The notes below the pieces were generated by a model, which saw only the letters and a program-made list of their open reading frames with translations, did no database searches and was not told where the DNA came from. A stretch of DNA of 63,778 bases, counting the filler. It is 4 parts of 4 records of this genome, joined end to end, with 100 filler letters (N's around TTAATTAATTAA, not from the genome) between each part and the next. Parts side by side here need not be neighbours in the genome. Positions count along the whole stretch, not along the records: positions 1 to 20,462 come from DRR723986_4890; 3 more parts are not named here. One strand, 5' to 3'. Position numbers and translations under genes: made by a program. Shown piece after piece: positions 1-9,868 of the stretch (within the stretch, counting starts at the first letter, position 1; each line of letters starts with the position of its first letter).

Positions 1-516
1 CATGATGCCCTGCCCGTTGATCACCGCGCCCAGCCCCTTGGCCCAGGCCGCCAGAACCAGCCCATAGGTCATGGCACCGGTATCGAAATGCGCGATCGTA
101 TTGCCCAGCAAGGCGCGGTCAAAGCACACCACCACCGAAACCGGCGCATCAAATTGGCGAAAGCCACGCATCACCCAATCTTGACGGCGTTCGGCATCGT
201 GACGCTCGATTCCCATGGCCTGAAACAGCTGGATGGCGATTTCGATCTGGCGTTCGCGATGCGGGCCTTGATAGGCGGCATAATCTTCGATTTCCCGGCT
301 GGGGGTGATGCCCGCCAACATGCGTTCGGTATTGCCCTGGCGCACAGCCTCGAGCGGGGCGCCCGTCAGCACATGCAGGTGCCAAGGCTGCGTATTCATC
401 GACGAGGGCGCGCGATTGGCCAGGGCGATGATCTCTTCCAGCAGCTCTTTGGGCACGGGTTTATCCAAAAACCCCCTGATCGAGCGCCGCCCCTGCATGG
501 CCTGTTCCAGTTCCAT
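1..516 (-). CDS. Nitroreductase family protein (3' end truncated by the window edge)
   Basis: Manual translation from ATG at 516: MELEQAMQGRRSIRGFLDKPVPKELLEEIIALANRAPSSMNTQPW, with the RRSIR and APSxxNxQPW motifs. Absent from the ORF track because there is no stop in the window. Confidence 0.9.
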   Translation of the reverse strand, partial: MELEQAMQGRRSIRGFLDKPVPKELLEEIIALANRAPSSMNTQPWHLHVLTGAPLEAVRQGNTERMLAGITPSREIEDYAAYQGPHRERQIEIAIQLFQAMGIERHDAERRQDWVMRGFRQFDAPVSVVVCFDRALLGNTIAHFDTGAMTYGLVLAAWAKGLGAVINGQGIM

Positions 517-605
517 CCCTGCACCTTCCTGAAAATCTATCCCTGCGCCCATCTAAGCGGTGTTTCAGCGATGGGCCAAGGGTGAAACGGCCAGCCGCCG
601 CCACG

Positions 606-1943
606 TCAAACCGCGCCGGGGCCCGTGGCATGGGGCGCAATCATCGGGCGCAGCGCCAGTTTTGCGCCCAAACTGCGCGCCAGCAGATACATGCCGCCGA
701 TCTTGCGATGCACAAACAAGGTTTCAGGCGGGGGCACATGGGCCAGGTCACGCTCGGTGCCGATGGCAAGGCCCATATCGCGCAGCCGCTCTGGCAGATC
801 GCTGGTGCCAAAATCAAAAACCGCCTCTTGGCGCAAAGGGGCAGTGGCCAGTTCAAACATCTGCTGAATAAGCGCTTGGTGATGGGCGGCGGTATCAGGG
901 CCCATATAGCCCATGCGCAACAGCGCCGCACGGGTTTGGCCCGCATTACCCCCCAGCGCCACCCCGGCCAAGGCCCGAAACTGCGCCACCAGCGCCGGTG
1001 CAATGGGCTGGGTTGCGCCAAAATCCAGCAGCACAATGCGGCCTGTTTCCCGGTTATAGCGATAATTGGCCAAATTCGGATCGGTCTGCATCAGGCCAAA
1101 GACGAACAATTCGCGCAAGACCAGATCAACCAGCGCGGCGGCCACCTGGCTGCGCTGCGCTTGCGGGGCATCGGCCAGATCATCGATGGGCACCCCCGGC
1201 ACATAGGCCATGGCCAGCACCTGCGCGGTGCTGAACGCGGTGATCAGGCGGGGCACCTGAAACCGCGTATCGCCCGCTAACAGCTGCCCAAACTGTGCCA
1301 GATACTGCGCCTCGCGCAGATAATCTGCCTCGGCGTGCAATTGGCGTTTGGCCTCGGCAAAAAGCGGGGCCAGATCCATATCTTTGGGCACCAACCCCGG
1401 CAAGCGCAACAAACTGGCCATGTTATCAACATCGCTGTCGATGCTTTGGCGCACACCGGGGTATTGCACCTTGATGGCCATTTCCGTGCCATCCAGCCCC
1501 ACCGCGCGGTGCACCTGCCCGATCGAGGCGGCCGCAAAAGGGCGCACATCAAAGCGGCGAAACCGCGCGCGCCAGCCTGCGCCCCATTCGGTGGCCAGCA
1601 CCATCTGCAGCTGTTTGGGCGGCATCGGTTGGGCCGTATCGCGCAGGCTGGCCAAGATCGCCGACAACTCAGGCGGCAACACCACCCCGCTATCCATCGA
1701 CACCATCTGCCCCAGCTTCAGCGCCGCCCCCCGCAGATGCGACAGGCCATCGGCCAGCGCCTGTGTGTTCTGGGGTGTCAGCAGCAGCTGCGCCAGCCCG
1801 GGCCGCTGCCCACCGGCCAGCGCCACCAAGCCTGCACCGGCCACCCGGCCTGCAATGCCCGTGGCCATACCGCCAAAGCGCAACAGCCTGTGCGCCCGCC
1901 CGCTGGGCACCTTGGCGCTGCCTGTCTTGTTGTTCCCACGCAT
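606..1943 (-). CDS. ABC1/UbiB/AarF family atypical kinase (COQ8-like)
   Basis: KLGQ, AAASIGQVH, AIKVQYPG, TDPNLANY and LLDFG motifs. Confidence 0.92.
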   Translation of the reverse strand: MRGNNKTGSAKVPSGRAHRLLRFGGMATGIAGRVAGAGLVALAGGQRPGLAQLLLTPQNTQALADGLSHLRGAALKLGQMVSMDSGVVLPPELSAILASLRDTAQPMPPKQLQMVLATEWGAGWRARFRRFDVRPFAAASIGQVHRAVGLDGTEMAIKVQYPGVRQSIDSDVDNMASLLRLPGLVPKDMDLAPLFAEAKRQLHAEADYLREAQYLAQFGQLLAGDTRFQVPRLITAFSTAQVLAMAYVPGVPIDDLADAPQAQRSQVAAALVDLVLRELFVFGLMQTDPNLANYRYNRETGRIVLLDFGATQPIAPALVAQFRALAGVALGGNAGQTRAALLRMGYMGPDTAAHHQALIQQMFELATAPLRQEAVFDFGTSDLPERLRDMGLAIGTERDLAHVPPPETLFVHRKIGGMYLLARSLGAKLALRPMIAPHATGPGAV

Positions 1944-1990
1944 CCGCTGTCCCCTGATACCGCCCCATAGCTAGGGCGCGCGGGGCATCT

Positions 1991-2443
1991 CTAAAGGCCT
2001 AAGGCGGGGGAAAAGCTGTAGTGCACCTCGGAAAACCGGTCTTTTGCGAAAACATACAAAAACCGCAGGCCGGCAGGCCCGGCCACAGTGGCGTGTTCTG
2101 CATCGCCCGGCACAAACAGCGCCACCCCCGGTGCCATGCGGTGATCTTGCCCCGCGATTGTGACCACGCCCTCGCCCTCGAGGCCCAGATACACCTCGGC
2201 AGCGCTATGGCGATGCGCCAGCAGCCTGTCGCCGGGGCCAAATTCGGCCACGCCCACAACCATGCCAGAGGTGCCAGGCGTTTGATCGGCATCAAAAATG
2301 GTGCGCCAGCGCACGGTGCCATAGGCCGGGTCGTGCCCCCCCTCTAGCGGCTGTTGATCCCAATGCACGCACAGCCCCTGCGCCGCCATCAAGCCCGCAA
2401 TCATAGCCAGGTTTGCACCTTCGTCATGTGAATGAATATCCAT
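1991..2443 (-). CDS. dddW: Cupin DMSP lyase, DddW-like
   Basis: 150-aa cupin (ATG 2443) with DPAYGTVRWRT, AEFGPG..L..HRH...E.YLGLEG.G and PGDAEH.TVAGP.GLRF segments, closely matching Ruegeria pomeroyi DddW as I recall it. Metal ligands HxH..E..H are intact. Confidence 0.8.
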   Translation of the reverse strand: MDIHSHDEGANLAMIAGLMAAQGLCVHWDQQPLEGGHDPAYGTVRWRTIFDADQTPGTSGMVVGVAEFGPGDRLLAHRHSAAEVYLGLEGEGVVTIAGQDHRMAPGVALFVPGDAEHATVAGPAGLRFLYVFAKDRFSEVHYSFSPALGL

Positions 2444-2566
2444 TGCCTGCCGCCTGTCAAACCAAATTGGCGCCACACAAGCGCGCTTTGCCCGGCGCGT
2501 CCGCCAGATTACCGACATCGCAGTGCCCGCGTGCGACCTGCCGCTTCCAGGGGCGCAGCTGCGGCC

Positions 2567-3286
2567 CTATCTGGCCAAAAAGCCCGCAACAATTTGGTTA
2601 AACAGATCGGGCCATTCCATATGCACGGCATGGGCGCAGCCCGGCACCACGGCCAATTGGCTGTTGGCGATGCCCTGCCACAGGGCCTGCACCTGTGCCC
2701 AAGGGTAGGTGCGGTCTTGGTCGCCCCAGATCAACAGGGTTGGCTGGGCGATCAGGGGCAAGGCCGCTTGGCCGTTCCAGCCCTGCATGGCCCGCAGGCC
2801 TGCCACCTGCGCGCCCAGCCCGGCGCATTCAGCAACTTTGGCGCAGGCAGGATAGTCTGCCGCCGCCTCGCCGTGCAAAAACCACGTGGCCGAAATGCGC
2901 CGGGCGGTGGCCTGGGGCCCATCGGCCTGCGCGCGGGCGATCGAGGTATCGATCGGCTCGAACCGGCCGGGCAACACCCCCACAGGCCCCGTGCCATAAA
3001 GGATCAGCCGCCCCACCCGCGCCGGGCCTTGGCGCACCACCTCTTGGGCGATCATCCCCCCCATGGAATGGCCCAGCAGATCAAACTGCGCATGGCCCAG
3101 GCGCGACAGCTCTGCCAGCACCCATGCGCCATAGTCGGCGATGCTGGCCAAGGCCGGCTGGCCCGCGCGCAGCCCAAACCCGGGCAGGTCCAGCGCCACA
3201 ATTTCGCGCCCCTGCGCCAGGGGCGCCTGCTGCGCCCATTGCGCGCTGCCGCCCATGAAACCATGCACAAAAACCAGTGCGTTCAC
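2567..3286 (-). CDS. Alpha/beta fold hydrolase
   Basis: VFVHGFMG, nucleophile elbow GHSMGG, GDQD and C-terminal His (CAHAVH). GTG start overlaps the permease stop (GTGA). Confidence 0.88.
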   Translation of the reverse strand: MNALVFVHGFMGGSAQWAQQAPLAQGREIVALDLPGFGLRAGQPALASIADYGAWVLAELSRLGHAQFDLLGHSMGGMIAQEVVRQGPARVGRLILYGTGPVGVLPGRFEPIDTSIARAQADGPQATARRISATWFLHGEAAADYPACAKVAECAGLGAQVAGLRAMQGWNGQAALPLIAQPTLLIWGDQDRTYPWAQVQALWQGIANSQLAVVPGCAHAVHMEWPDLFNQIVAGFLAR

Positions 3287-4824
3287 CGGCGCCCACCCTG
3301 CACGATGCGATCCAGGATCATCGCGCAAAACAAAATCGAAAACCCTGCCAAAATCCCTTGGCCCACATTTGCGTATTGCAGCGCTTCCAGCACATCTTCG
3401 CCCAGGCCCTTGGCGCCAATCAGCGATGCCACCACCACCATGGCAAGCGATAACATGATGGTTTGATTGATCCCCGCCCTGATCGATGGCGCGGCCAGGG
3501 GCAGATCGACCTTGGTCAGCAAATACCATTTATTGGCGCCAAAACTGATCGCCGCCTCGCGCACGCTTTCGGGCACGCCGCGCAGGCCCAGCACTGTCAG
3601 GCGCACAACAGGCGTGCCACCAAAGATCATTGTGGTGACCACCGCCGCCGGCTTGCCCGTGCCAAAAAACGCGATCACCGGGATCATGAACACAAAGGCG
3701 GGCATGGTTTGCATGAAATCCATGATCGGCTGGATAAACGCATAAAACCGCGGGCGGCGGGCCGCAAACATACCCAAGGGAATGCCAATCAAGATCGACA
3801 GGCAGGCGGCCGTGCCCAGCAAGGCCAGGGTTGTCATGGCTTTTTCCCAAAAGCCCAAGAGCCCCATGTAAGACAGAAACGCCACCGAATAGATCGCCGT
3901 GCGCACACCCGCGGTCAGCCATGTCAGCAGGGCAATCAACGCCGCCACAACCACCCAGGGCGTGCTGACAAACACCAGCTCGAGCGCGTCCAGCACCAGG
4001 CGGATGGCCGAGGTAATTGTGTCAAACACCGCCTCGCCATTCAGCACCGCCCAGTTGAAAAACGCCTCGACCCATTCGATCGCCCCAAGGCGCAGGCCGG
4101 GATCGGTGGGAAAGCTGCCCAACACCGCAATCTTGCCGGGAAAGCTGTAATGCACCATCGCAGCTGCGGTCAGCGCGGCCATGAACCCGGCACAAAAAAC
4201 GATATGGGCCACCGGCATGCCCGAGCGCAGCTTGCGGTTGCTCAGCCAATCGGAAAACCGTGCCTCTAGCGCCCAATTGGCCACCACCGCCTGCACCAAT
4301 TTCGCCATCAGCAAAATGCCCAGCCCCGTTAGGGCAATTTTCGGGCCTTGGGCGGCCAGCGCATCGGCTTCGGCGCGGATCCCGCCGATATTGGCCTCAA
4401 GCGAATCGACCGCACGCTGATAGACATCCACCTTGTCCGAGCCGCTTTCGATGGCAGCGGCCAATTGCTTGCGCCGCAATTCCAGCGTGCCTTCGATCGA
4501 GGCGATCCGCGCCATGGCATCAGCGGCCAAATCGCCAAAAAGGCCGCGTGCAATTTGCACCAAGGCCACCGCCTCGATCACCAAAAAGGGCAAGGCCCAT
4601 GCCCATAAACCCCGTGCGCCAAACCACACCGGGCCAAAGAGGCCGGCAAACAGGTTGAATGTGGCTGTAAACCGGGCCGAGGCGCCGATACGGTCGAAAT
4701 TACGGATGTAATAGGCCGGGTTGGTGCGCACAAAGACACGAATATTTTCGCGCCGCTCTTCGGCATAGGCCAATGCGGCATCGCTTTGGGTGTCTTCAAG
4801 CGGGTTGAACTGCGGATCGCTCAT
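3283..4824 (-). CDS. Glycine betaine/proline-family ABC transporter permease (ProW-like) with long N-terminal extension
   Basis: DFMQTMPAFVFMIP, EAAISFGA (EAA loop) and GINQTIMLSLAMVVVASLIGA.GLG. Confidence 0.92.
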   Translation of the reverse strand: MSDPQFNPLEDTQSDAALAYAEERRENIRVFVRTNPAYYIRNFDRIGASARFTATFNLFAGLFGPVWFGARGLWAWALPFLVIEAVALVQIARGLFGDLAADAMARIASIEGTLELRRKQLAAAIESGSDKVDVYQRAVDSLEANIGGIRAEADALAAQGPKIALTGLGILLMAKLVQAVVANWALEARFSDWLSNRKLRSGMPVAHIVFCAGFMAALTAAAMVHYSFPGKIAVLGSFPTDPGLRLGAIEWVEAFFNWAVLNGEAVFDTITSAIRLVLDALELVFVSTPWVVVAALIALLTWLTAGVRTAIYSVAFLSYMGLLGFWEKAMTTLALLGTAACLSILIGIPLGMFAARRPRFYAFIQPIMDFMQTMPAFVFMIPVIAFFGTGKPAAVVTTMIFGGTPVVRLTVLGLRGVPESVREAAISFGANKWYLLTKVDLPLAAPSIRAGINQTIMLSLAMVVVASLIGAKGLGEDVLEALQYANVGQGILAGFSILFCAMILDRIVQGGRR

Positions 4825-5876
4825 GACACTTCGGTTCCCTCGATAACGGTGCGCAACAAATCAGCGCGGGTGATCACCCCCAGATCTTGGCCCGCATCGG
4901 CCACCAAAATGGGGCCCGCATCATCGATGGCATGGGTGATCAGATTAGACAGGGTTTCGCCCGGGGGCACGCGGCGGCAATCGGCAGGCAATGGACCATG
5001 CGCTGCGGTATAGCCCGGTATCGGCTGCATAACGGCATGGGCATGCACCACTTTCAACCGCGAGATGCCAGCGACGAAATCCGCCACATAGGCATCAGCG
5101 GGGTGCATCACGATATCTTCGGGCGTGCCCATTTGCACCACTTTGCCATCGCGCATAATGGCGATGCGGTCGCCGATGCGCACGGCCTCGTCTAGATCGT
5201 GGGTGATAAAGACAGTGGTTTTTTTCAAAATCTTTGAAAGGCGAATAAACTCGTCTTGCAACTGCCGCCGGATCAGCGGGTCTAGCGCCGAAAACGGCTC
5301 GTCCATCAGCAAAACATCGGGGTTGGCGGCCAAGGCGCGGGCCAGCCCGACGCGCTGCTGCATGCCGCCTGATAATTCATGGGCAAACTTGGCGCCCCAG
5401 GCGCCCAATTCGACAATATCCAAAATGGCTGCGGCCTGGCGCATGCGCTCGTTCTTGGCCACCTGGCGAATTTCCAGCGGCATCGCCACATTATCCAAAA
5501 CCGAGCGGTGCGGCATCAGCGCGAAATTCTGGAAAACCATGCCGATTTTGCGGTTGCGAAACACCTGCAGATCAGCTGGCGACAAGGCCATAACATCGGT
5601 GCCCTCGATCTCGATCTTGCCGGCGGTGGGCTCGAGCAGGCGGTTGAAATGGCGCACCAGCGTGGATTTGCCGCTGCCAGACAGGCCCATGATGCAAAAA
5701 ATCTCGCCGCGGTTGACCGACAGGCTGACATCGGCCACCCCCACAACGGCGTTATACTGGGCCAGCACCTGGGCTTTTGTCAGGCCCTTTTCGCGGATGG
5801 CTTGCAGAGCGATCTGGGGCTTGACGCCGAATATCTTCCACACATTCGAGATACTTATCACTGTATCGCCGGTCAT
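4821..5876 (-). CDS. Glycine betaine-family ABC transporter ATP-binding protein (ProV-like)
   Basis: Walker A GLSGSGKS, signature LSGGMQQ, LLMDEPFSALDP and a C-terminal CBS-like region. Confidence 0.95.
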   Translation of the reverse strand: MTGDTVISISNVWKIFGVKPQIALQAIREKGLTKAQVLAQYNAVVGVADVSLSVNRGEIFCIMGLSGSGKSTLVRHFNRLLEPTAGKIEIEGTDVMALSPADLQVFRNRKIGMVFQNFALMPHRSVLDNVAMPLEIRQVAKNERMRQAAAILDIVELGAWGAKFAHELSGGMQQRVGLARALAANPDVLLMDEPFSALDPLIRRQLQDEFIRLSKILKKTTVFITHDLDEAVRIGDRIAIMRDGKVVQMGTPEDIVMHPADAYVADFVAGISRLKVVHAHAVMQPIPGYTAAHGPLPADCRRVPPGETLSNLITHAIDDAGPILVADAGQDLGVITRADLLRTVIEGTEVS

Positions 5877-5901
5877 TTTACTGCCCTGTTTTATAAAAAT
5901 A

Positions 5902-5928
5902 CCACAGCGCCTTAAGGTGGCGCTGTGG
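5902..5928 (-). other. Intercistronic stem-loop downstream of the substrate-binding protein gene
   Basis: CCACAGCGCC-ttaaggt-GGCGCTGTGG, a perfect 10-bp stem between the SBP and ATPase genes. Confidence 0.55.
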
Positions 5929-5945
5929 CGCATTTGGGGTGGCGA

Positions 5946-6911
5946 TTACAGGCCTAGCATTGCATCGACACGCGCGGCATTCGCTGCAACCCAGTCTTTA
6001 GCCACATCCGCCGGATCGCGATCTTTGGCACTGATTTCATAGGCAAGGCTGCTGACATCATCGGCATCAAGCGCGAATTTCTGGAAAAACTCGGCAATCG
6101 CGGGCGAGCGGCTGGCCAGCGATTTCGACCAGGCAATTTGCACCTGTTTCAGCGCATCTTTGGTCGCCACGTTGGATTTATTGTACCAATCCGGGTCATC
6201 CGAGGGCTGCACCATCACGTATTTGGCCGGGTCGTATTTCGGCTCGGTCAGCATGACGATATCAAACATGTACCACACCGCATGGGGGGTATAGCAGTAA
6301 AAGGCATAGCCCTCGCCCTTGGCGATCGAATCCTTGATGCGCGCGGTTTTCACCGCCTCTTCGGCGCGGATCGGTTCGATAAAATCAAGCAAGCCATAAT
6401 CGCGCACCTTCACCTCGTTGACATTGGCCGAGGCCCAGCCGGGCGCGCCAATCCACATCTCGCCCTTGCCGTTGCCATCGCTATCCATCAGCGCAGCCAC
6501 ATCCGGGCGGCCCAAATCGGCGATGTCGGTTATGTTATTGGCCTTGGCAAAATCTTTCGACACGCAAAAGCCCTGATTGCCCTCGTAGGGGTTAGACGAC
6601 AGGGTAACGGTGCCTTCGCCCTCGACATATTTTTTGGTAAAGCTTTCCTGATTGGGCAGCCACACATCGGGATGCACATCGATATCGCCCTTGCCCTGAT
6701 CCATGGCTTGGAAAATGGTGGCGTTGTTGCCCGGCACATATTCCACGGTTCCGCCAATTTTCGAGGTGACAATCTCGCCCAGAACATGGGCAATGGCCTG
6801 CGCACCTGTCCAGGATGGCACGCCAATCTTTACGGTTTCCGCCATGGCCTGAAACGGCAGCATGCAGGTGGCCCCCATCAAGGCCAGTAGTTTCAATTTC
6901 GACGTCATCAT
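5946..6911 (-). CDS. Glycine betaine-family ABC transporter substrate-binding protein (ProX/OpuAC-like)
   Basis: Signal peptide, PSW, GDIDVHPDVWLP, WIGAPGW and YCYTPH. RBS GAGGAG. Confidence 0.9.
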   Translation of the reverse strand: MMTSKLKLLALMGATCMLPFQAMAETVKIGVPSWTGAQAIAHVLGEIVTSKIGGTVEYVPGNNATIFQAMDQGKGDIDVHPDVWLPNQESFTKKYVEGEGTVTLSSNPYEGNQGFCVSKDFAKANNITDIADLGRPDVAALMDSDGNGKGEMWIGAPGWASANVNEVKVRDYGLLDFIEPIRAEEAVKTARIKDSIAKGEGYAFYCYTPHAVWYMFDIVMLTEPKYDPAKYVMVQPSDDPDWYNKSNVATKDALKQVQIAWSKSLASRSPAIAEFFQKFALDADDVSSLAYEISAKDRDPADVAKDWVAANAARVDAMLGL

Positions 6912-7026
6912 CTTCTCCTCTGTCAAGGTCGCCGCTTGGCGGCTTTGTGGTATGGTGTGGTGGTCGGTGGTGGTTTAATCCTGTGTGGCCCGGGCCCGGC
7001 CTGTGGTGTAGGACGGGCCGGCGCGG

Positions 7027-8124
7027 TTAATGGTTTTGATAGCCCGGCAAATCAAAGGCATCGGGGTAGCCAAACAGCGCGGCCGAGCCGCCTGTGTGCA
7101 AAAACACCACGTTTTTCATGCCCTCGAACGCGCCTTGGCGGGTTAGATCGATCAGCCCATCCAGCCCTTTGCCGGAATAGACCGGATCAAACAGCAGCCC
7201 CTCCAGCTCGGCCAGCATACGCAGGCTGCGCACCATCCCTTCGGTGGGGATGCCATAGCCTGCGCCAACATAGTTGCAATTGGCGCGCACATTCTCGCGC
7301 AGCACGGCATCGGCGCAGCCCAGCCGCTCGGCGGTGCGCTTGGCCAGATCAAAAACCATGCCTTCTTGTTTTTCCTGTGGCGCGCGCACCCCAATGCCCA
7401 ACAGCCAAATCGGCGAGGCCAAGGCCGCCAGCCCCGCCACCAACCCCGCCTGCGTGCCCGAGCTGCCCGTGGCATGCACCAGCGCATCAATCTGCAGATC
7501 CATCGCTGCGGCCTGTTCGCAAAGCTCAAGCGCGCAGTTCACATAGCCCAGGGCGCCGGTGGTGTTCGACCCGCCACCGGGAATGATATAGGGGGTCGCG
7601 CCCTTGGCCTTTAGCTGGTCGGCCAGCGCCTCCATCTCGGCAGCCATATCGGCGCCGCCAGGGCGCTTGGCCACGCTGGCACCGTGCAAACGATCAAGCA
7701 GCACATTGCCATTCAGCCTGTATTGCGCATCGTTCGATCCGGTTCTGTCTTCTAGCAAAATGTGGCAGGCCAGCCCCAACTTGGCCGCCGCCGCAGCCGT
7801 TTGGCGCGCGTGGTTTGATTGCGTGGCGCCTTGGGTGATCACAGTATCGGCCCCGCCAGCAATGGCCTCGGCCATCAGAAATTCCAGTTTGCGGGTTTTG
7901 TTGCCCCCCGAAGACAGCCCCGTGCAATCATCGCGTTTCACCCAAAACCGCGGGCCGCCCAGCGCCTCGCTTAGGCGGTCCATCGGCTCGAGCGGGGTTG
8001 GCAAATGCCCAAGCCGAACACGCGCAAATCCGGCAAGTGTGCTTGCCAGATCTTTGCGCAGCGCAGCCGCCCGCCCCGCCTGTTGTGCGTGCTCTCGCGC
8101 CTCGTTGGGCAGTGACTGATTCAT
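7027..8124 (-). CDS. cuyA: PLP-dependent cysteate sulfo-lyase / D-cysteine desulfhydrase family (CuyA-like)
   Basis: [28 protein letters not shown] (PLP Lys), [27 protein letters not shown] and FLHTGG. The LEDRTG segment is typical of Roseobacter CuyA rather than enteric DcyD. Confidence 0.75.
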   Translation of the reverse strand: MNQSLPNEAREHAQQAGRAAALRKDLASTLAGFARVRLGHLPTPLEPMDRLSEALGGPRFWVKRDDCTGLSSGGNKTRKLEFLMAEAIAGGADTVITQGATQSNHARQTAAAAAKLGLACHILLEDRTGSNDAQYRLNGNVLLDRLHGASVAKRPGGADMAAEMEALADQLKAKGATPYIIPGGGSNTTGALGYVNCALELCEQAAAMDLQIDALVHATGSSGTQAGLVAGLAALASPIWLLGIGVRAPQEKQEGMVFDLAKRTAERLGCADAVLRENVRANCNYVGAGYGIPTEGMVRSLRMLAELEGLLFDPVYSGKGLDGLIDLTRQGAFEGMKNVVFLHTGGSAALFGYPDAFDLPGYQNH

Positions 8125-8187
8125 CTAAATTCTCCCATGCAACTTGTTGTGCAGGCTAGACGCAGTTTAAATCGTGTGAAAAATGCT

Positions 8188-8213
8188 ATTTTGTTTGGCT
8201 ACCCAAACAAAAT
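8188..8213. promoter_or_regulatory. Perfect 11-bp inverted repeat, putative operator between divergent cuyA-like and LysR genes
   Basis: ATTTTGTTTGG-ctac-CCAAACAAAAT, which contains a T-N11-A core. Confidence 0.55.
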
Positions 8214-8230
8214 GTATGAGCGAGGCGCGC

Positions 8231-9100
8231 ATGGACCTGACATTATTCGACGATGTGCTGATCTTGCTGGAAGAGGGCAACATGAGCCGCGCCGCCCGGC
8301 GCCGCAATGTCACCCAGCCCGCCTTTTCACGCCGCATTCGCAGTTTCGAAGATTGGCTGGGCCGGCCCATTGTCAGCCGCAGCGCCAACCGGGTGGAACT
8401 GGAGCCGGCTTTGCTGGCCAACAGCGCCGAGTTGCAGGCATTGGTGGGCCATGTGCGCGAATTGCGCGGCCGTATCGCCAATTACGACCCGGCCCACACC
8501 ACGCTGACGATTGCAGCACAGCATTCGGTGATGGTTTCAGCCCTGCCCGATTTCATCGGATCGCTTAGACCGAAATTCGAGAAAGTGTCATTTCGCGTGC
8601 GCGCCGCCAATCACAACGATTGCCTGTCGCTCTTTCTCAGCGGCGAGGCCTCTGTTTTGATGTGCTACGAACGCGACAGCGATGTTGAAATGCCCTTTGG
8701 CGCCGGGGTCAGCCGCGCCATATGGGGGCGCGACAGGCTGGTGCCCGTTTTGGGGGGCAGCCTGCGCTTTGCCATCTCAGATACCGGCAATGTGCCCGAA
8801 ACCGTGCCCATCATCCGCTATCCCGCCACCAGCTTTTTTGCAGAAATGCTGGAACAAGGCGCCCCGGCCTATAGCGCCCACAAAGGCCCGGCCATTGCAG
8901 AAAGCGCCTTTACCGCGGGAATAAAGGCCATGGCGGTGGCAGGTTTGGGGCTGGCATGGCTACCGATGAGCCTGATTTACGCCGAGGTGCAAAGCGGCAC
9001 GTTGCTTGTGTGCAATACAGAAAACAACGCCCTGCAAATGCGCATCAGCCTGTTTGCCCGCGCCTCAAACCCCACCGCCCAGGCCATTTGCACGCTTTAA
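8231..9100 (+). CDS. LysR family transcriptional regulator
   Basis: N-terminal HTH GNMSRAARRRNVTQPAFSRRIRSFE, and GLGLAWLP in the effector domain. Confidence 0.93.
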   Translation: MDLTLFDDVLILLEEGNMSRAARRRNVTQPAFSRRIRSFEDWLGRPIVSRSANRVELEPALLANSAELQALVGHVRELRGRIANYDPAHTTLTIAAQHSVMVSALPDFIGSLRPKFEKVSFRVRAANHNDCLSLFLSGEASVLMCYERDSDVEMPFGAGVSRAIWGRDRLVPVLGGSLRFAISDTGNVPETVPIIRYPATSFFAEMLEQGAPAYSAHKGPAIAESAFTAGIKAMAVAGLGLAWLPMSLIYAEVQSGTLLVCNTENNALQMRISLFARASNPTAQAICTL

Positions 9101-9109
9101 AGCGCCAAA

Positions 9110-9868
9110 TCAGCCCCAAAACCGCGTCTTTAGCCAGCCCAGGCTGTCATCTGTGGGGCCCTTTGGCCTGTATTCCGCCCCAAGCGGGCGCGCCCAGCCC
9201 AGCTGCGCAAGTGCGGCAAAAATATAGGCATAGTTGATTTCGCCTTGGCCCGGCGGGCCACGATCTGGAACCGAGGCAAATTGGATATGGCCGATCATGG
9301 GCATCAGCGCATCAAGACGGGTGACGATATCACCCTCGGTGCGGCCAACATGATAGCAATCAAACATCAGCTTGACACCGGGCAGGCCAAGCCGCGCCAG
9401 CAGATCTGCGGCTTGGGCCGTGGTTTGCAGGAAATAGCCCGGCGCATCATGCCGGTTTAACGGCTCGATCAACAGCGTGATCTGCGCAGGCGCTGCTGCG
9501 CGCGCATAGGCCAGGTTTTCCAAAAAAGCCGCTTGCGCCGCTGGCCCTTGGGCAAAGCCTGCCATCACATGTATGGCCTGCGCGCCGATTGCGCTGGCAT
9601 ATTCAATCGCCCCATCAATCGCGGCACGGGCCTCGGCCTGGCGCCCGGGCAGCGCGCAAAGCCCGTTCTCGCCGGGGTTTCCACGGCTTGTATTCAGCCC
9701 CAGCATCGGCAGCCCGGTGTCGCGCAGTGCGGCTTTCACCGCATCTGGCGGCGTGTCATAGGGCCAGTGGCATTCCACAGCGTCAAAGCCTGCGGCCTTG
9801 GCGGCGCGTATGGCATCAGGCAGCGGGCGGTCTGCCCATAGAAAGCCCAGATTGGCAGAAAACTTCAT
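9110..9868 (-). CDS. otnI: Hydroxypyruvate isomerase family, probable 2-oxo-tetronate isomerase
   Basis: KFSANLGFLW, LLIEPLNRHD.PGYFL, FDCYH, HIQFA and GAEY. Translationally coupled to otnC. Confidence 0.75.
   Translation of the reverse strand: MKFSANLGFLWADRPLPDAIRAAKAAGFDAVECHWPYDTPPDAVKAALRDTGLPMLGLNTSRGNPGENGLCALPGRQAEARAAIDGAIEYASAIGAQAIHVMAGFAQGPAAQAAFLENLAYARAAAPAQITLLIEPLNRHDAPGYFLQTTAQAADLLARLGLPGVKLMFDCYHVGRTEGDIVTRLDALMPMIGHIQFASVPDRGPPGQGEINYAYIFAALAQLGWARPLGAEYRPKGPTDDSLGWLKTRFWG

Noticed and set aside
3283-6911. Calling the ABC transporter TmoXWV or DmpXWV
   Set aside because: The SBP does not resemble TmoX as I recall it, and I cannot verify DmpX identity without a search.
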